From positions 27,095 to 91,094 of the forward strand of contig JAGIBN010000013.1 of assembly GCA_017744315.1 (NCBI GenBank): a stretch of 64,000 bases of DNA, written 5' to 3'. The position numbers were made by a program, and so were the translations under genes. The notes under the pieces are model-generated. The model had not been told where the DNA came from. It ran no database searches and saw nothing but the letters and a program-made list of their open reading frames with translations. Source of the DNA: Porphyrobacter sp. GTDB lineage: Bacteria; Pseudomonadota; Alphaproteobacteria; Sphingomonadales; Sphingomonadaceae. Shown here one piece after another: positions 46,312 to 56,516 of the stretch (within the stretch, counting starts at the first letter, position 1; every line of letters starts with the position of its first letter).

Positions 46312-48824
46312 CGCTTTCCTGGACCGCCGCCTGGCGTTTGGCCCGGCGCGATCTCCATCGGCGTTTTCGCGGCCTGAGGCTGCTGCTGATCTGCCTGTTC
46401 CTGGGCGTCGGCGCGCTGGCGGCCATCGGGACCCTGACCGGGGCGATCAGGGGCGAACTGGCTGAACGCGGCCGCGAAATCCTCGGCGGCGATCTTGAGG
46501 TCGAAGTCTGGCAGCGGCCGCTAAGCGAGGAGGAGAGCGCGTTCCTCTCCCGCTACGGCACGCTCTCGCGCGGGTTGCGCATGCAGGCCATGGCCAGCAC
46601 CGCCAGCGCCGCGACGCCCATCGAGCTCAAGGCCGTCGATGCCAACTGGCCTCTCTACGGAGTGCTGACCCTCGACGGCGGCAGCACGATGGGCGCGCCT
46701 CCTCCGGGCCAGGCCTGGATAGCCGAGGGCGCAGCGGAGCGGCTCGGGATCGGGCCGGGAGACCGGTTCAAGGTCGGCTCGGCAGAACTGGTCGTTGCCG
46801 GGATCATCGACGAGGAACCGGACCGGCTGAGCGAAGGGTTCCAGCTCGGCCAGACCGTGATCGTCCCGCTCGATGTGCCAGCTGAAGCAGGCCTCACGGC
46901 TCCGGGCGCCATGTACCAGTCGAAGACGCGGGTGCGGTTCATTGGCAGTGACAATCCCGAAAGTGTCGAGAAGACCCTGACCGAACGCTTCCCCGATTCC
47001 GGCTTCGACATACGCACGCGCGACCGTGCTTCGCCGGGCGCCGAACGCTTCGTCGGCCGCATGGGAGAGTTCCTGACGCTGGTAGGTCTCGCGGCCCTGG
47101 TCATCGCCGGCATCGGGATCGGTGGTGGTGTCGCCTCCTATCTCGAGGCACGCCGGGCAAGCATCGCTACCTACAAGATCCTCGGCGCGACCAGTGGCGA
47201 CATCGTTCGGATCTATGCCTTTCAGGTCGGTGCCGCTGCCTTGGTCGGAGCCTGCGCAGGCCTCGTCGCGGGCGTGCTCGTGACCCCACTCCTGGCCCAA
47301 GCTCTGGGTGACCTGCTGCCGGTGCGGACTGGGCTAGTTATCGATCCGGGTGCCCTGATACGGGCTCTGCTCTTCGGGCTGCTGGTGGCTCTGATCTTCG
47401 CCGCACCGCCGCTAATGCGGGCCAAGCACTTCCCGGCGATGGAACTGATGCGTTCGCGCGTGGCGCCGCTCACCAAAGCCTGGCGGGGAGCTATCTGGCC
47501 GGTTTCCCTCGGACTGGCCGGGATCGCCGCGTTGGCGCTGTTTGGCTCGCCGCAGCCGGGGTTGAGCGCGCTGTTCATGGGCGGCGCGGTCGTCCTCCTG
47601 ATCGTGCTCTGGGGCCTGGGCTGGGCCATACGCAAGGCCGCCACGCGCGCGCCGCGACCGGCCAATCCGCTGCTGCGCTCCGCGCTCGCCAACCTTCATC
47701 GTCCGGGCTCGCAGACGGGCTCGCTGGTGACGGCGCTCGGCTTCGGCCTCTCGGCTTTCGTGGTCCTGGCCGGGGTTCAGACCAGCCTGGACGCGAATAT
47801 CAGCCGCAGCGTGCCGCAGATAGCGCCGGACTACTTCGTGCTCGACGTGCCGCGAGATCGCGAGGCAGAGTTCGAGGCCGTCGTTCGCAGTCACTCACCC
47901 AAAGCCCAGATCGAGGTCGTGCCGACCCTGCGCGGCGCGATCCTGTCCTATGGGCCCAAAGCCAATCCCACCGTTGTCAGCCAGATGGAGGAATTGCCCG
48001 AGGGCGCCTGGGCGCTGCGCGGGGAACGCGGGCTGACTTATGCGGAACACTTGCCGCAGGGAAATTCGCTCGTCGCGGGAAAGTGGTGGCCCGAAAACTA
48101 CCAGGGCGAGCCACTGGTCTCGGTCGACTTCGACCTGGCTCAGGCCGCCGGCCTAAAGATCGGCGATTATCTCACCATCGGTCTCCTTGGCGTCGAACGG
48201 CAGGCCAGGATCGCCAGCTTTCGGCGGATCGACTGGGAGAGCATGGGCTTCAACTACGTGCTGATCTTCTCGCCCAATGCCTTGCAGGATGCCCCCCACA
48301 ACCTCGCAGCCACGATCTCATTGCCCGACGGCACCGAGGCGGGAGGCCTGCTGCGCGACCTCGTACGCGCCTTCCCGTCCAGTTCTGTCATTGAGGTCGG
48401 TCCTCTCCTGACGCAGGCCCGGGACATCCTTGAGCAAGTCTCGCTGGCCATCCTGGCGGCAGCGGGAGTGGCGGTGCTCGCGGGGATTGCGGTGTTGCTC
48501 GGAGCGATTGCCGCGGCCAGGGCAGCTCGGCTCTACGACACCGTGGTCCTGCGCGTCCTTGGGGCGAGCACCCGGCAACTGCTCACGCTGCAGTTGGCCG
48601 AGTTCGGGCTGCTTGCGGTTGTCCTGGCCGTCGTTGCGCTTGGTCTGGGCAGCGGACTGGCCTGGCTCGTCATTGTCCAGCTGTTCGAGTTCGAATGGTT
48701 GCCCGATTGGCCACGCGTCCTCGGCGTGCTCGGCGCGGGTATCGGACTGGTTCTGGCCTTCGCGCTCGGCGCCTCGCTACCGCTCTTGCGGGCGAGGCCG
48801 GCCCGAGCGCTCAGGTCGCTTTAG
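46308..48824 (+). CDS. FtsX-like ABC permease (YbbP-like)
   Basis: Two FtsX repeats, LGGDL, ELKAVD..WPLYG. Confidence 0.9.
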   Translation: MTLSWTAAWRLARRDLHRRFRGLRLLLICLFLGVGALAAIGTLTGAIRGELAERGREILGGDLEVEVWQRPLSEEESAFLSRYGTLSRGLRMQAMASTASAATPIELKAVDANWPLYGVLTLDGGSTMGAPPPGQAWIAEGAAERLGIGPGDRFKVGSAELVVAGIIDEEPDRLSEGFQLGQTVIVPLDVPAEAGLTAPGAMYQSKTRVRFIGSDNPESVEKTLTERFPDSGFDIRTRDRASPGAERFVGRMGEFLTLVGLAALVIAGIGIGGGVASYLEARRASIATYKILGATSGDIVRIYAFQVGAAALVGACAGLVAGVLVTPLLAQALGDLLPVRTGLVIDPGALIRALLFGLLVALIFAAPPLMRAKHFPAMELMRSRVAPLTKAWRGAIWPVSLGLAGIAALALFGSPQPGLSALFMGGAVVLLIVLWGLGWAIRKAATRAPRPANPLLRSALANLHRPGSQTGSLVTALGFGLSAFVVLAGVQTSLDANISRSVPQIAPDYFVLDVPRDREAEFEAVVRSHSPKAQIEVVPTLRGAILSYGPKANPTVVSQMEELPEGAWALRGERGLTYAEHLPQGNSLVAGKWWPENYQGEPLVSVDFDLAQAAGLKIGDYLTIGLLGVERQARIASFRRIDWESMGFNYVLIFSPNALQDAPHNLAATISLPDGTEAGGLLRDLVRAFPSSSVIEVGPLLTQARDILEQVSLAILAAAGVAVLAGIAVLLGAIAAARAARLYDTVVLRVLGASTRQLLTLQLAEFGLLAVVLAVVALGLGSGLAWLVIVQLFEFEWLPDWPRVLGVLGAGIGLVLAFALGASLPLLRARPARALRSL

Positions 48825-49327
48825 GCGAACGCTTCCGCGTCAGCCTGGCCCAGCGGATCAGGACCGTACTTGTTGGTCCCCGGAGTACCGGGCAGCGCCA
48901 TCAGGACGATCCAGCCGATCTCGAGGGCGAGCACCAGGATCGCGCCCAGGATCGGAATCAGGCTCAGGCAGATCACCGCAACGATGAATCCCGGCAAGTA
49001 CCAGCCCGACATGTTGCGATCGTGGAGACGGCGGACCGTCAACGCCAGGGTGGGAATGAACGCGGCCAGACCCCACACGACGATGCCGATGATACCGACC
49101 CAGGCCAGCGGTCCGAAGGAGAACTCTTCAAGCTGGCTCTGAACCGCCGATCCTTCTGCGGTGGCGGCAGCCAAGGTAATCCACTCCATCCCTCCGCCGG
49201 CAAGGATCAGGGTGTAAAACACGACGCCCACGATCAACCCGAGCAGCTGGAACATCCAGAACTCCATCCTGCGTGAACGACCGGAAAACTCGGCGTAGCG
49301 CCGAAAGGGCAACAGCATCCATTTCAT
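48821..49327 (-). CDS. DUF805 family membrane protein
   Basis: YAEFSGRSRRMEFW, VRRLHDRNMSGW, NKYGPDP. Confidence 0.9.
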   Translation of the reverse strand: MKWMLLPFRRYAEFSGRSRRMEFWMFQLLGLIVGVVFYTLILAGGGMEWITLAAATAEGSAVQSQLEEFSFGPLAWVGIIGIVVWGLAAFIPTLALTVRRLHDRNMSGWYLPGFIVAVICLSLIPILGAILVLALEIGWIVLMALPGTPGTNKYGPDPLGQADAEAFA

Positions 49328-49401
49328 GATCGATCTCCCCCTCAGGTCACATTGTTGTGTACCTGGCAGGAGGGCATCACAGAATTCGCCCGCGTGCAAA
49401 T

Positions 49402-49428
49402 AAAAAGGGGGTCAAAAGACCCCCTTTT
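49402..49428 (-). terminator. Rho-independent terminator after the TBDR gene
   Basis: AAAAAGGGGGTC-AAAA-GACCCCCTTTT. Confidence 0.85.
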
Positions 49429-49449
49429 GATCCATGCATTTCCAGCGGA

Positions 49450-52176
49450 TCAGAAACGATAGCGCGCGCTCACACCGTAAGTCCGCGGATCGTTGGCATA
49501 GCCGGAGATACCCCGCGGCTGCGCAGGCGTGTCGAAGATCACCCCGACATCGCGCTTGTTGAGCAGGTTACGCCCCCAGATCGACAGGCTGAGGCCGAAG
49601 TCCATGTCGTACGACAGCGAGGCCGTCAGGTCCTGCACCTCACGCGTGAACGGCTCGGCCGCTTCGAGCGCAGGAGTTGCGTCGGCAATGCTTCCGTCGG
49701 GATTGCGGACCACGAAGCCCGGAAGGCCTTCGATCAGCTGCTCCTTCGACTGCCACAGGAACGAAATACGCGGGACGAGCGTGCCGCCGCCGATCTCCTG
49801 TTCGTACTGCGCACCGATCACGACCGTCCAGGTCGGGATGCCCGCAGGACGAGTGCCGGACAGATCACCCACGGCCGACTGCTCGAAGCTGACGTAGAGC
49901 GGATCGAGGTAGGTCACCCCGAGGTTAAGCGTCAGTGCGTCGGCAATCGTCGCAAGACCTTCGAACTCGACACCGAACGTGCTCAACTCACCGGCATTGC
50001 GCAAGGCAAAGCCCGAGCCGGTGAAGATGTTCGACTGGAAGCCCGAGATATCCTGGTCGAACACCGCGAGGTTGGCCGAGATGTCGCCCCAGTTGGCTTT
50101 GACGCCCGCTTCCATGACCCGCGAGTTCTCCGGTCCGGCGAAACGGCTGCCGTAAACCAGGTTGTTGAGATCGAGCCCGGCAGCAATGATCGCGTCGCGA
50201 TCGCTGGGCGACGGACGGCTGTCGCGCGAGAGGTTGATCGAGCTCGCTTTGAACCCGGTCGCGTAAGTCGCATAGACGTTGATCGTGTCGCTGACATCGT
50301 AGGCCAGGCGAATGGTGTAGGCGAAGTCGCCATCGTCGGTCTTTCCGTCCTCGACCGAGTTCGGAACGTTGAGGAACGGCGGCATGAACTGCAACGCGCG
50401 CAAGGGCGCCAGCGGGTTGGCCAGCGGGTTATTGGCATTGGCGTTGGCATAAGCCGTCGCACCGGTCTGGATCGCGCCAAATGCGGCTGGGTTGGAGCCT
50501 GCGAACGCTCCGATCTCAGTCGCGGTTGCCGGGCGCCCGAGGCCGAGTGCCGTGCCCACGCCCTGAGCCAGCGCGCCGCCGTAAAGCAGCTGGCCGCGGA
50601 ACGGCGCATACTGCGGAGCGTCGAGATCGATGCCCGAGAAGGTATCGGTCGAATGAGCGTTGGTGACGAACTTCTTGCGGTCCTTGGTGTAGTTGCCACC
50701 CAGCGTCAGGACCAGGCCGTCAGTGATCTCGAAATCGACCTGCCCGAAGAACGAGTACGCCTCGCTGTCGAGGGTGTACGCTTCGGTGAAGCCCTGGCCC
50801 GAGGCCAGGAACTGGCCGGAGTAATCCTGCGCGTCCGCAGCGCCAAAGGCCGCCTCGAGAGTGGGCAGGCTGAGCGCGCCGCCCGAAAGCTGCTGCACCA
50901 AGGTGTTGGCGTAGGGACGGAACTGCGTCGAGTAGATCAGCTGGTTCTGCTGGTCGACATCCTCGTTGATGTAGAAAGCACCGAGCAGGACATTGACCTT
51001 ATCACCGATCTCACCGGTCAGCCGCACTTCCTGCGTGAAGGTGCCGATCCCCAAGTCCTGGAAGTTCGGATAGATCAGGTCCGCGCTGGTGAAGTCGGAA
51101 TCCTGGTTCGTAACCGCCTTGGTCTCGCGATAGGCGGTGATCCAGGTGGCCGTGAAGGCATCGCTGAGATCGAAGTCGAATTGCGCCGAGAGGCCATAGT
51201 TCTCGATATCGTTCGTCGAGTTGTAGTTGTTGTACACGATCCCGTTGAACGCATCTTCCGGCGCGTTGACTTGGCCCAGGGCCCGGACCACCGGCGTTGC
51301 CAGGCCGTCCTGTACGTTGACGACGGCGCAGCAATTCTCGTCGATGGAATCGTAGTCGGCGATGATGCGGGCGCGGAAGCCGTTATCCGGATCGACCAGC
51401 AATTGCCCACGCGCGAACCAGCGATCGCGCTCGTTGGTCCGGTCGCCAGTCCCGGCATCGCGGAAGAAGCCGTCGCGCTGGTTGAGGCCGGCGGCAACGC
51501 TGACCGCGACCGAATCCGCCACGGGGCCAGTCACGTATCCGCGGGCGATGATCTGGTTGAAGTTGCCGTAGGTCAGTTCTCCGACCCCGCCGAAGTTGAA
51601 CTTCGGTTCCTCGGTCGTGATGGAGATGACGCCCGCGGAGGCGTTCTTCCCGAACAGCGTGGACTGCGGACCGCGCAGTACCTCGATGCGCTGAACGTCG
51701 GGCAGATCGGTGATCTGAGCCGCGGTGCGCGAGCGATAGACGTTGTCGACGAATACGCCGACCGAAGGCTCGATACCCGCATTGTTGGCGCCGTTACCGA
51801 AGCCGCGGATGAAGAAGTTGGTGTTGGCAACGCTCTGGCGCTGGCCGACACTGAGCGACGGCACCACGGTCTGAAGATCGCGCAAGTCGCGGATCTGGGC
51901 GCGCTCGATTGTCTCGGCCGTGGTCACGGAGACCGCCACCGGAACATCCTGCAACGTCTGCTCCCGCTTGGTCGCGGTCACGACGATCTGGTTCCCCGTG
52001 CTGGCGTCCTCGTCCGCAGGGAAGCTGTCGTCTGGCGACGCTTCATCCGCGGAGTGGGCAGGAGCGGATTCGTCTTGCGCAGCCGCCAAGGAAGGAATGA
52101 AAAGTGCTACAGCTGCCGAACCGGCAAGCAAAAATGCACGCGTGTAAGCGGCCGACCCGGCGCCCCGAAACAACAT
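49450..52176 (-). CDS. TonB-dependent receptor
   Basis: IVVTATKREQTLQDVP, RIEVLRGPQSTLFGKN, C-terminal YRF; start at MLFRG after GGAGA. Confidence 0.95.
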   Translation of the reverse strand: MLFRGAGSAAYTRAFLLAGSAAVALFIPSLAAAQDESAPAHSADEASPDDSFPADEDASTGNQIVVTATKREQTLQDVPVAVSVTTAETIERAQIRDLRDLQTVVPSLSVGQRQSVANTNFFIRGFGNGANNAGIEPSVGVFVDNVYRSRTAAQITDLPDVQRIEVLRGPQSTLFGKNASAGVISITTEEPKFNFGGVGELTYGNFNQIIARGYVTGPVADSVAVSVAAGLNQRDGFFRDAGTGDRTNERDRWFARGQLLVDPDNGFRARIIADYDSIDENCCAVVNVQDGLATPVVRALGQVNAPEDAFNGIVYNNYNSTNDIENYGLSAQFDFDLSDAFTATWITAYRETKAVTNQDSDFTSADLIYPNFQDLGIGTFTQEVRLTGEIGDKVNVLLGAFYINEDVDQQNQLIYSTQFRPYANTLVQQLSGGALSLPTLEAAFGAADAQDYSGQFLASGQGFTEAYTLDSEAYSFFGQVDFEITDGLVLTLGGNYTKDRKKFVTNAHSTDTFSGIDLDAPQYAPFRGQLLYGGALAQGVGTALGLGRPATATEIGAFAGSNPAAFGAIQTGATAYANANANNPLANPLAPLRALQFMPPFLNVPNSVEDGKTDDGDFAYTIRLAYDVSDTINVYATYATGFKASSINLSRDSRPSPSDRDAIIAAGLDLNNLVYGSRFAGPENSRVMEAGVKANWGDISANLAVFDQDISGFQSNIFTGSGFALRNAGELSTFGVEFEGLATIADALTLNLGVTYLDPLYVSFEQSAVGDLSGTRPAGIPTWTVVIGAQYEQEIGGGTLVPRISFLWQSKEQLIEGLPGFVVRNPDGSIADATPALEAAEPFTREVQDLTASLSYDMDFGLSLSIWGRNLLNKRDVGVIFDTPAQPRGISGYANDPRTYGVSARYRF

Positions 52177-52424
52177 TTGGTGGTCTCCCATCTCCATGCA
52201 CCGGGCGCCGTTATTTACGGTCGCTCGGGCAGCCCCTCTCTCTAGGAGCAGGGTGGTAACCACACAATTACCACCGACCTAGCATGTGGTAACGGCGACA
52301 GTGGCTGTGGCCTTCCTGCCACGGTGACATATGGGGCGATTTACTCCTCTTTGCCGGGACCGAACTCCCATCTCTCACCAAAGCAGCCATTGCCGGGGCG
52401 CCACGCAGGCCTTAGGGGGCCTCG

Positions 52425-53636
52425 ATGGACATTGCCGATCTGCGCGTCGCCCTGTTCAGCGGCAACTACAATTATGTCCGCGACGGCGCGAACCAGGCCT
52501 TGAACCGCCTGGTGGACTATTTGTTGAGGCAGGGTGCCGCGGTGCGTGTCTATGCACCGGTCGTGCCCCAGCCGGCTTTCGCCCCCACCGGGGATCTCAT
52601 TGGCGTGCCAGCCGTGCCGATCCCGTTTCGGAGCGAATACCGTTTCCCGCTCGGGCTATCAGCCAAGAACACGGCCGACCTTGCCCGTTTCGCGCCGACG
52701 GTGCTTCACCTGGCCTCGCCTGACCCAACTGCCCATGCGGCGCTCAAGTGGGCCGAAGCGCGCCAACTGCCGGTGCTCGCCTCGGTTCACACCCGGTTCG
52801 AGACCTATCCCCGCTATTACGGGATGGGTTTCGCCGAGCCCTGGCTCGAGCGCATTCTCAAGCGCTTCTACAATCGTTGCGACGCGCTGGTGGCCCCCTC
52901 CGAGAGCATGGCCGAAGTGCTCCGCGAACAGGGCATGGGCAGCGACATCGAAATCTGGTCGCGCGGTGTTGACCGCGACATCTTCGATCCCAGCCGCCGC
53001 GATCTCGAGTGGCGCCGTTCGCTGGGGATCGCGGACGACGACATCGTGATCGGATTCCTCGGCCGGGTGGTGATGGAAAAAGGTCTCGACGTGTTTGCCG
53101 AGACCGTCGCCCGCCTGCGCAGCCAGGGCGTGGCTCACAAAGTGCTCGTGGTCGGCAAGGGGCCGGCGCACGACTGGTTTGCGGAGCGGGTGCCCGGAGC
53201 GATCTTTGCCGGGATGCTTACGGCCGGCGACCTTGGGCGAGCGGTCGCCAGCATGGACATGCTGCTCAATCCCTCCGTCACCGAGACGTTTGGCAATGTG
53301 ACGCTGGAAGCCATGGCGTCGGGGCTGCCGGTCATCGCCGCGAGAGCGACAGGCAGCACCAGCCTGGTCGTCGACGGCGAAACCGGCCGACTGGTCGAGC
53401 CGGGCAATAGCGCCGCCTTCGCCGACGTGATCGAAGCTTACATCCGCGACCCGAGCCTGCGACAAAAGCATGGGGCGGCCGGAGAAATTCGCAGCCGCGC
53501 CTACTCCTGGGACGCGATCAACGGATCGGTCGCCGATCTCTACTTGCGCCTGACCGAACGTAAGGCCCTGGTCAGCGAAGCACCCCGGCAGCGGCCATCC
53601 GCCGCGCATAATACCACTGCGCAACGATCAGGATGA
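52425..53636 (+). CDS. GT4 family glycosyltransferase
   Basis: NYVRDG, HTRFETY, GRVVMEKG, ETFGNVTLEAMASGLPV. Confidence 0.92.
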   Translation: MDIADLRVALFSGNYNYVRDGANQALNRLVDYLLRQGAAVRVYAPVVPQPAFAPTGDLIGVPAVPIPFRSEYRFPLGLSAKNTADLARFAPTVLHLASPDPTAHAALKWAEARQLPVLASVHTRFETYPRYYGMGFAEPWLERILKRFYNRCDALVAPSESMAEVLREQGMGSDIEIWSRGVDRDIFDPSRRDLEWRRSLGIADDDIVIGFLGRVVMEKGLDVFAETVARLRSQGVAHKVLVVGKGPAHDWFAERVPGAIFAGMLTAGDLGRAVASMDMLLNPSVTETFGNVTLEAMASGLPVIAARATGSTSLVVDGETGRLVEPGNSAAFADVIEAYIRDPSLRQKHGAAGEIRSRAYSWDAINGSVADLYLRLTERKALVSEAPRQRPSAAHNTTAQRSG

Positions 53637-54015
53637 GGATGATGACCGGCACGATCATGGCAGTCCCGCCTTGCATCGACGCCGGTCTCTCCGACGTGAA
53701 CTGATAGGCAAAGCTGCCCACCGCACCCAGTGCGGAGACGATGAACGCCGTGACCGCATGGCGCGATCGCATCAGCAGCAGGATCGATCCGACGATCGAC
53801 GCCCATACCCCGATCGCCCAGACTGCCACGGCCCAGGCGGGAAAGGCATCGACCCAGGCTTGCTCCTCTGGTCCGAAGCCCATGCTTTCAAGGTACGCGG
53901 TGTTGCCGATCGCGGTCATCGTATAGTCGGTCGCCCCGACCGCGTTCCATAACAGCGACACGATGCCGACCACCCACAAGTGCTTCGGCGTTCTTACCAG
54001 ACTAACAGTTGCCAT
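53572..54015 (-). CDS. Four-TM hypothetical membrane protein
   Basis: PKHLWVVGIVSLLWNAVGATDY...; start MATVS after GGGAGG. Confidence 0.75.
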   Translation of the reverse strand: MATVSLVRTPKHLWVVGIVSLLWNAVGATDYTMTAIGNTAYLESMGFGPEEQAWVDAFPAWAVAVWAIGVWASIVGSILLLMRSRHAVTAFIVSALGAVGSFAYQFTSERPASMQGGTAMIVPVIILILIVAQWYYARRMAAAGVLR

Positions 54016-54088
54016 CGCAGTCCCTCCCACAGGCGCGACCACTCGATGAGTGTACCACACGCCCGTGGAAGGGAGAAATCCGCAAGGC

Positions 54089-54754
54089 TTAGAGCCGTTC
54101 GATCTTCTGCGCTGCCTCGTCGAGGATCTCGGCGATCCGGTGCGGCAGGTCTTCGTCGTTACCGCCGCCACTGGCCATGCGCTGGCCGACGGCCGTGAAA
54201 AGTCCGAAGGCCGCGCGCTCGATCGACGGCGAACGATGGCGTTGCGCGCGCTCGCCAAGGGCGTTCAGGCGCTCCATCGCACCAGCAGCTGCTTCCGCTT
54301 CTTCGACGAGCACCGTCTCGCCAGCGGGCGTGATGGCAAACTTGCGCCGCTGGTCATTGCTGTCCTGTTCGGCGATCAGGCCTTCGTCGGCGAGCATCGA
54401 CAATGCCGGATAGATTACCCCCGGACTCGGCGAATAATGCCCGTCCGACCGCTCCTCCATCGCCTTGATCAGGTCATAGCCGTGGCGCGGCTGCTCCTTG
54501 ATCAACGACAGGAGCATCAGGCGAAGCTCGTCACGCCCGAACTTGCGGTCGCGGCCATGTCGCCGTGGACCACCCGGCCCCCAAGGTCCGCCTTTGGGAC
54601 CAAAGACGCCACCGGGTCCAAAAACGCCGCCCGGTCCGAACGGACCACCCGGCCCGAAAGGACCGCCGGGTCCGCCCCAGCGCATCTTGCCCCATTTGTC
54701 AGCCATGGCCTTCCATTCGCGGCCGTCTCCGAAATCGCAGTCTGCGTAGATCAT
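54089..54754 (-). CDS. PadR family regulator with Gly/Pro-rich N-terminus
   Basis: PRHGYDLIK...[12 protein letters not shown]; tandem GPGG(P/V)F repeats. Confidence 0.9.
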   Translation of the reverse strand: MIYADCDFGDGREWKAMADKWGKMRWGGPGGPFGPGGPFGPGGVFGPGGVFGPKGGPWGPGGPRRHGRDRKFGRDELRLMLLSLIKEQPRHGYDLIKAMEERSDGHYSPSPGVIYPALSMLADEGLIAEQDSNDQRRKFAITPAGETVLVEEAEAAAGAMERLNALGERAQRHRSPSIERAAFGLFTAVGQRMASGGGNDEDLPHRIAEILDEAAQKIERL

Positions 54755-54843
54755 GATGATCCTCAATTCGATATTCTGCGATATATCTTAGATAGTCGAA
54801 AATTCAAGTCGCCCCTGCGTCGACCAACGCCTATCTGTAGCCG

Positions 54844-56163
54844 ATGGCTGACTTGTTCGCTGACGAACTCCCCTCCCCGCCGCCCACCGACGAGCCGCGT
54901 GCAGACGCGCCGTTGGCCGACCGCCTGCGTCCGCGCTCCCTGGACGAGGTCATTGGACAGGAACACCTGACCGGGCCGGAGGGCGCCATCGGCCGCATGG
55001 TCGCCGCCGGGCGCCTGTCCAGCATGATCCTGTGGGGGCCACCCGGTACCGGCAAGACGAGCATCGCTCGGCTCCTGGCCGATGCCGTCGGCATGCGATT
55101 TGTGGCGATCAGCGCGGTGTTCTCGGGTGTGGCCGATCTCAAGAAGGCGTTCGCGGAGGCGGAGGTGGCCCAACTGGCCGGTCGGCGGACTTTGCTGTTC
55201 GTGGATGAGATCCATCGCTTCAACCGGGCGCAACAGGACGGCTTCCTGCCCTTCGTCGAGCGTGGAACCGTGACCCTCGTCGGCGCGACGACCGAGAACC
55301 CCAGCTTCGAACTCAACGCAGCTCTACTCAGCCGGGCCCAGGTGCTGATCCTCCACCGCCTTGACCCGGCCGCACTCGGCAAACTCATCGAGCGGGCGGA
55401 GGCGTTGGAGGGGCCCCTCCCCCTCACGCCGGAAGCGCGCGAAGCGTTGATCGCTTCGGCCGATGGCGATGGGCGTTTCCTGCTCAACCAGGCCGAGACG
55501 CTTTACTCTGCGAGAATTCCCGAGCCGCTCGGCCCGGCTGAACTCGGCGCATTCCTCCAGCGCCGGGTGGCGGTCTACGACAAGGACCGGGAGGGGCATT
55601 ACAACCTGATCTCCGCCTTGCACAAATCGATGCGCGGATCGGACCCTCAGGCGGCGCTGTACTACCTGGCGAGAATGCTCGTGGCCGGAGAGGAGCCGCT
55701 CTACGTGCTGCGGCGGATCACCCGCTTCGCTTCCGAAGACATTGGGCTCGCCGACCCGCAAGCGCTCACCCAGTGCATCGCGGCCAAGGACGCCTACGAC
55801 TTCCTCGGCTCGCCCGAGGGCGAACTCGCGATCGTTCAGGCCTGTCTCTACTGCGCCACCGCGCCAAAATCGAACGCGGCCTACATGGCCCAGAAGGCCG
55901 CGTGGAAGAGCGCTCGCGAAACCGGCAGCCTGATGCCGCCGCAGAACATCCTAAACGCCCCTACGAAGCTGATGAAGGACATCGGCTACGGCAAGGACTA
56001 CACCTACGACCACAACGCCGAGCAGGGCTTCTCCGGCGACAATTACTGGCCCGCAGAGATGGAGCCGCAGACGTTTTACGAACCGGTTGAGCGCGGCTTC
56101 GAGCGGCAGGTGCGCGAGCGGATCGAATGGTGGGACAAGCGGCGAAAGGAACGGCAGGGATGA
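54844..56163 (+). CDS. rarA: Replication-associated recombination protein A
   Basis: PLADRLRP, GPPGTGKT, DEIHRFN, GATTENPSF, SALHKSMRGSD. Confidence 0.95.
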   Translation: MADLFADELPSPPPTDEPRADAPLADRLRPRSLDEVIGQEHLTGPEGAIGRMVAAGRLSSMILWGPPGTGKTSIARLLADAVGMRFVAISAVFSGVADLKKAFAEAEVAQLAGRRTLLFVDEIHRFNRAQQDGFLPFVERGTVTLVGATTENPSFELNAALLSRAQVLILHRLDPAALGKLIERAEALEGPLPLTPEAREALIASADGDGRFLLNQAETLYSARIPEPLGPAELGAFLQRRVAVYDKDREGHYNLISALHKSMRGSDPQAALYYLARMLVAGEEPLYVLRRITRFASEDIGLADPQALTQCIAAKDAYDFLGSPEGELAIVQACLYCATAPKSNAAYMAQKAAWKSARETGSLMPPQNILNAPTKLMKDIGYGKDYTYDHNAEQGFSGDNYWPAEMEPQTFYEPVERGFERQVRERIEWWDKRRKERQG

Positions 56164-56516
56164 GCGAAAGGCTCGACAGCTGGGAGGAGGCCATGACCTT
56201 TGCCCTGTCGCTGCCGGGCACCGAAGCTTGTTCGAGCTGGGGGAAGCCGGCGGTAAGGATCGCGGCCAATGGCCGTGCCTTCCTGTACCCGGGACGGGAG
56301 TCGGGAACGTCGTTTGCAGTGGCCATCGATATGGCCACGATCGAATTGCTCAAGGAAACCGAGCCTGAGACCTATTGGCAATCGCCTCACTATGAAGGTT
56401 GGCCCGCCGTTCTCGTACGCTACGACAGCCCAGACCCGGAACGAGTACGCGACGTTGTCTTGCGCTCTCGCGACCAGGCCGCGGCGATGAAACCTGTTCG
56501 CCCCCGGAAGAAGTGA
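56160..56516 (+). CDS. MmcQ/YjbR family DNA-binding protein
   Basis: LSLPGTE..SWG.PA, PETYWQSPHYEGWPAVLVR; ATGA coupling. Confidence 0.8.
   Translation: MSERLDSWEEAMTFALSLPGTEACSSWGKPAVRIAANGRAFLYPGRESGTSFAVAIDMATIELLKETEPETYWQSPHYEGWPAVLVRYDSPDPERVRDVVLRSRDQAAAMKPVRPRKK

Noticed and set aside
49357-52245. 962-aa plus-strand ORF
   Set aside because: Antisense shadow of the TonB-dependent receptor, expected from high-GC codon bias; no motifs. The same applies to shadows over leuC, pspA and recF.
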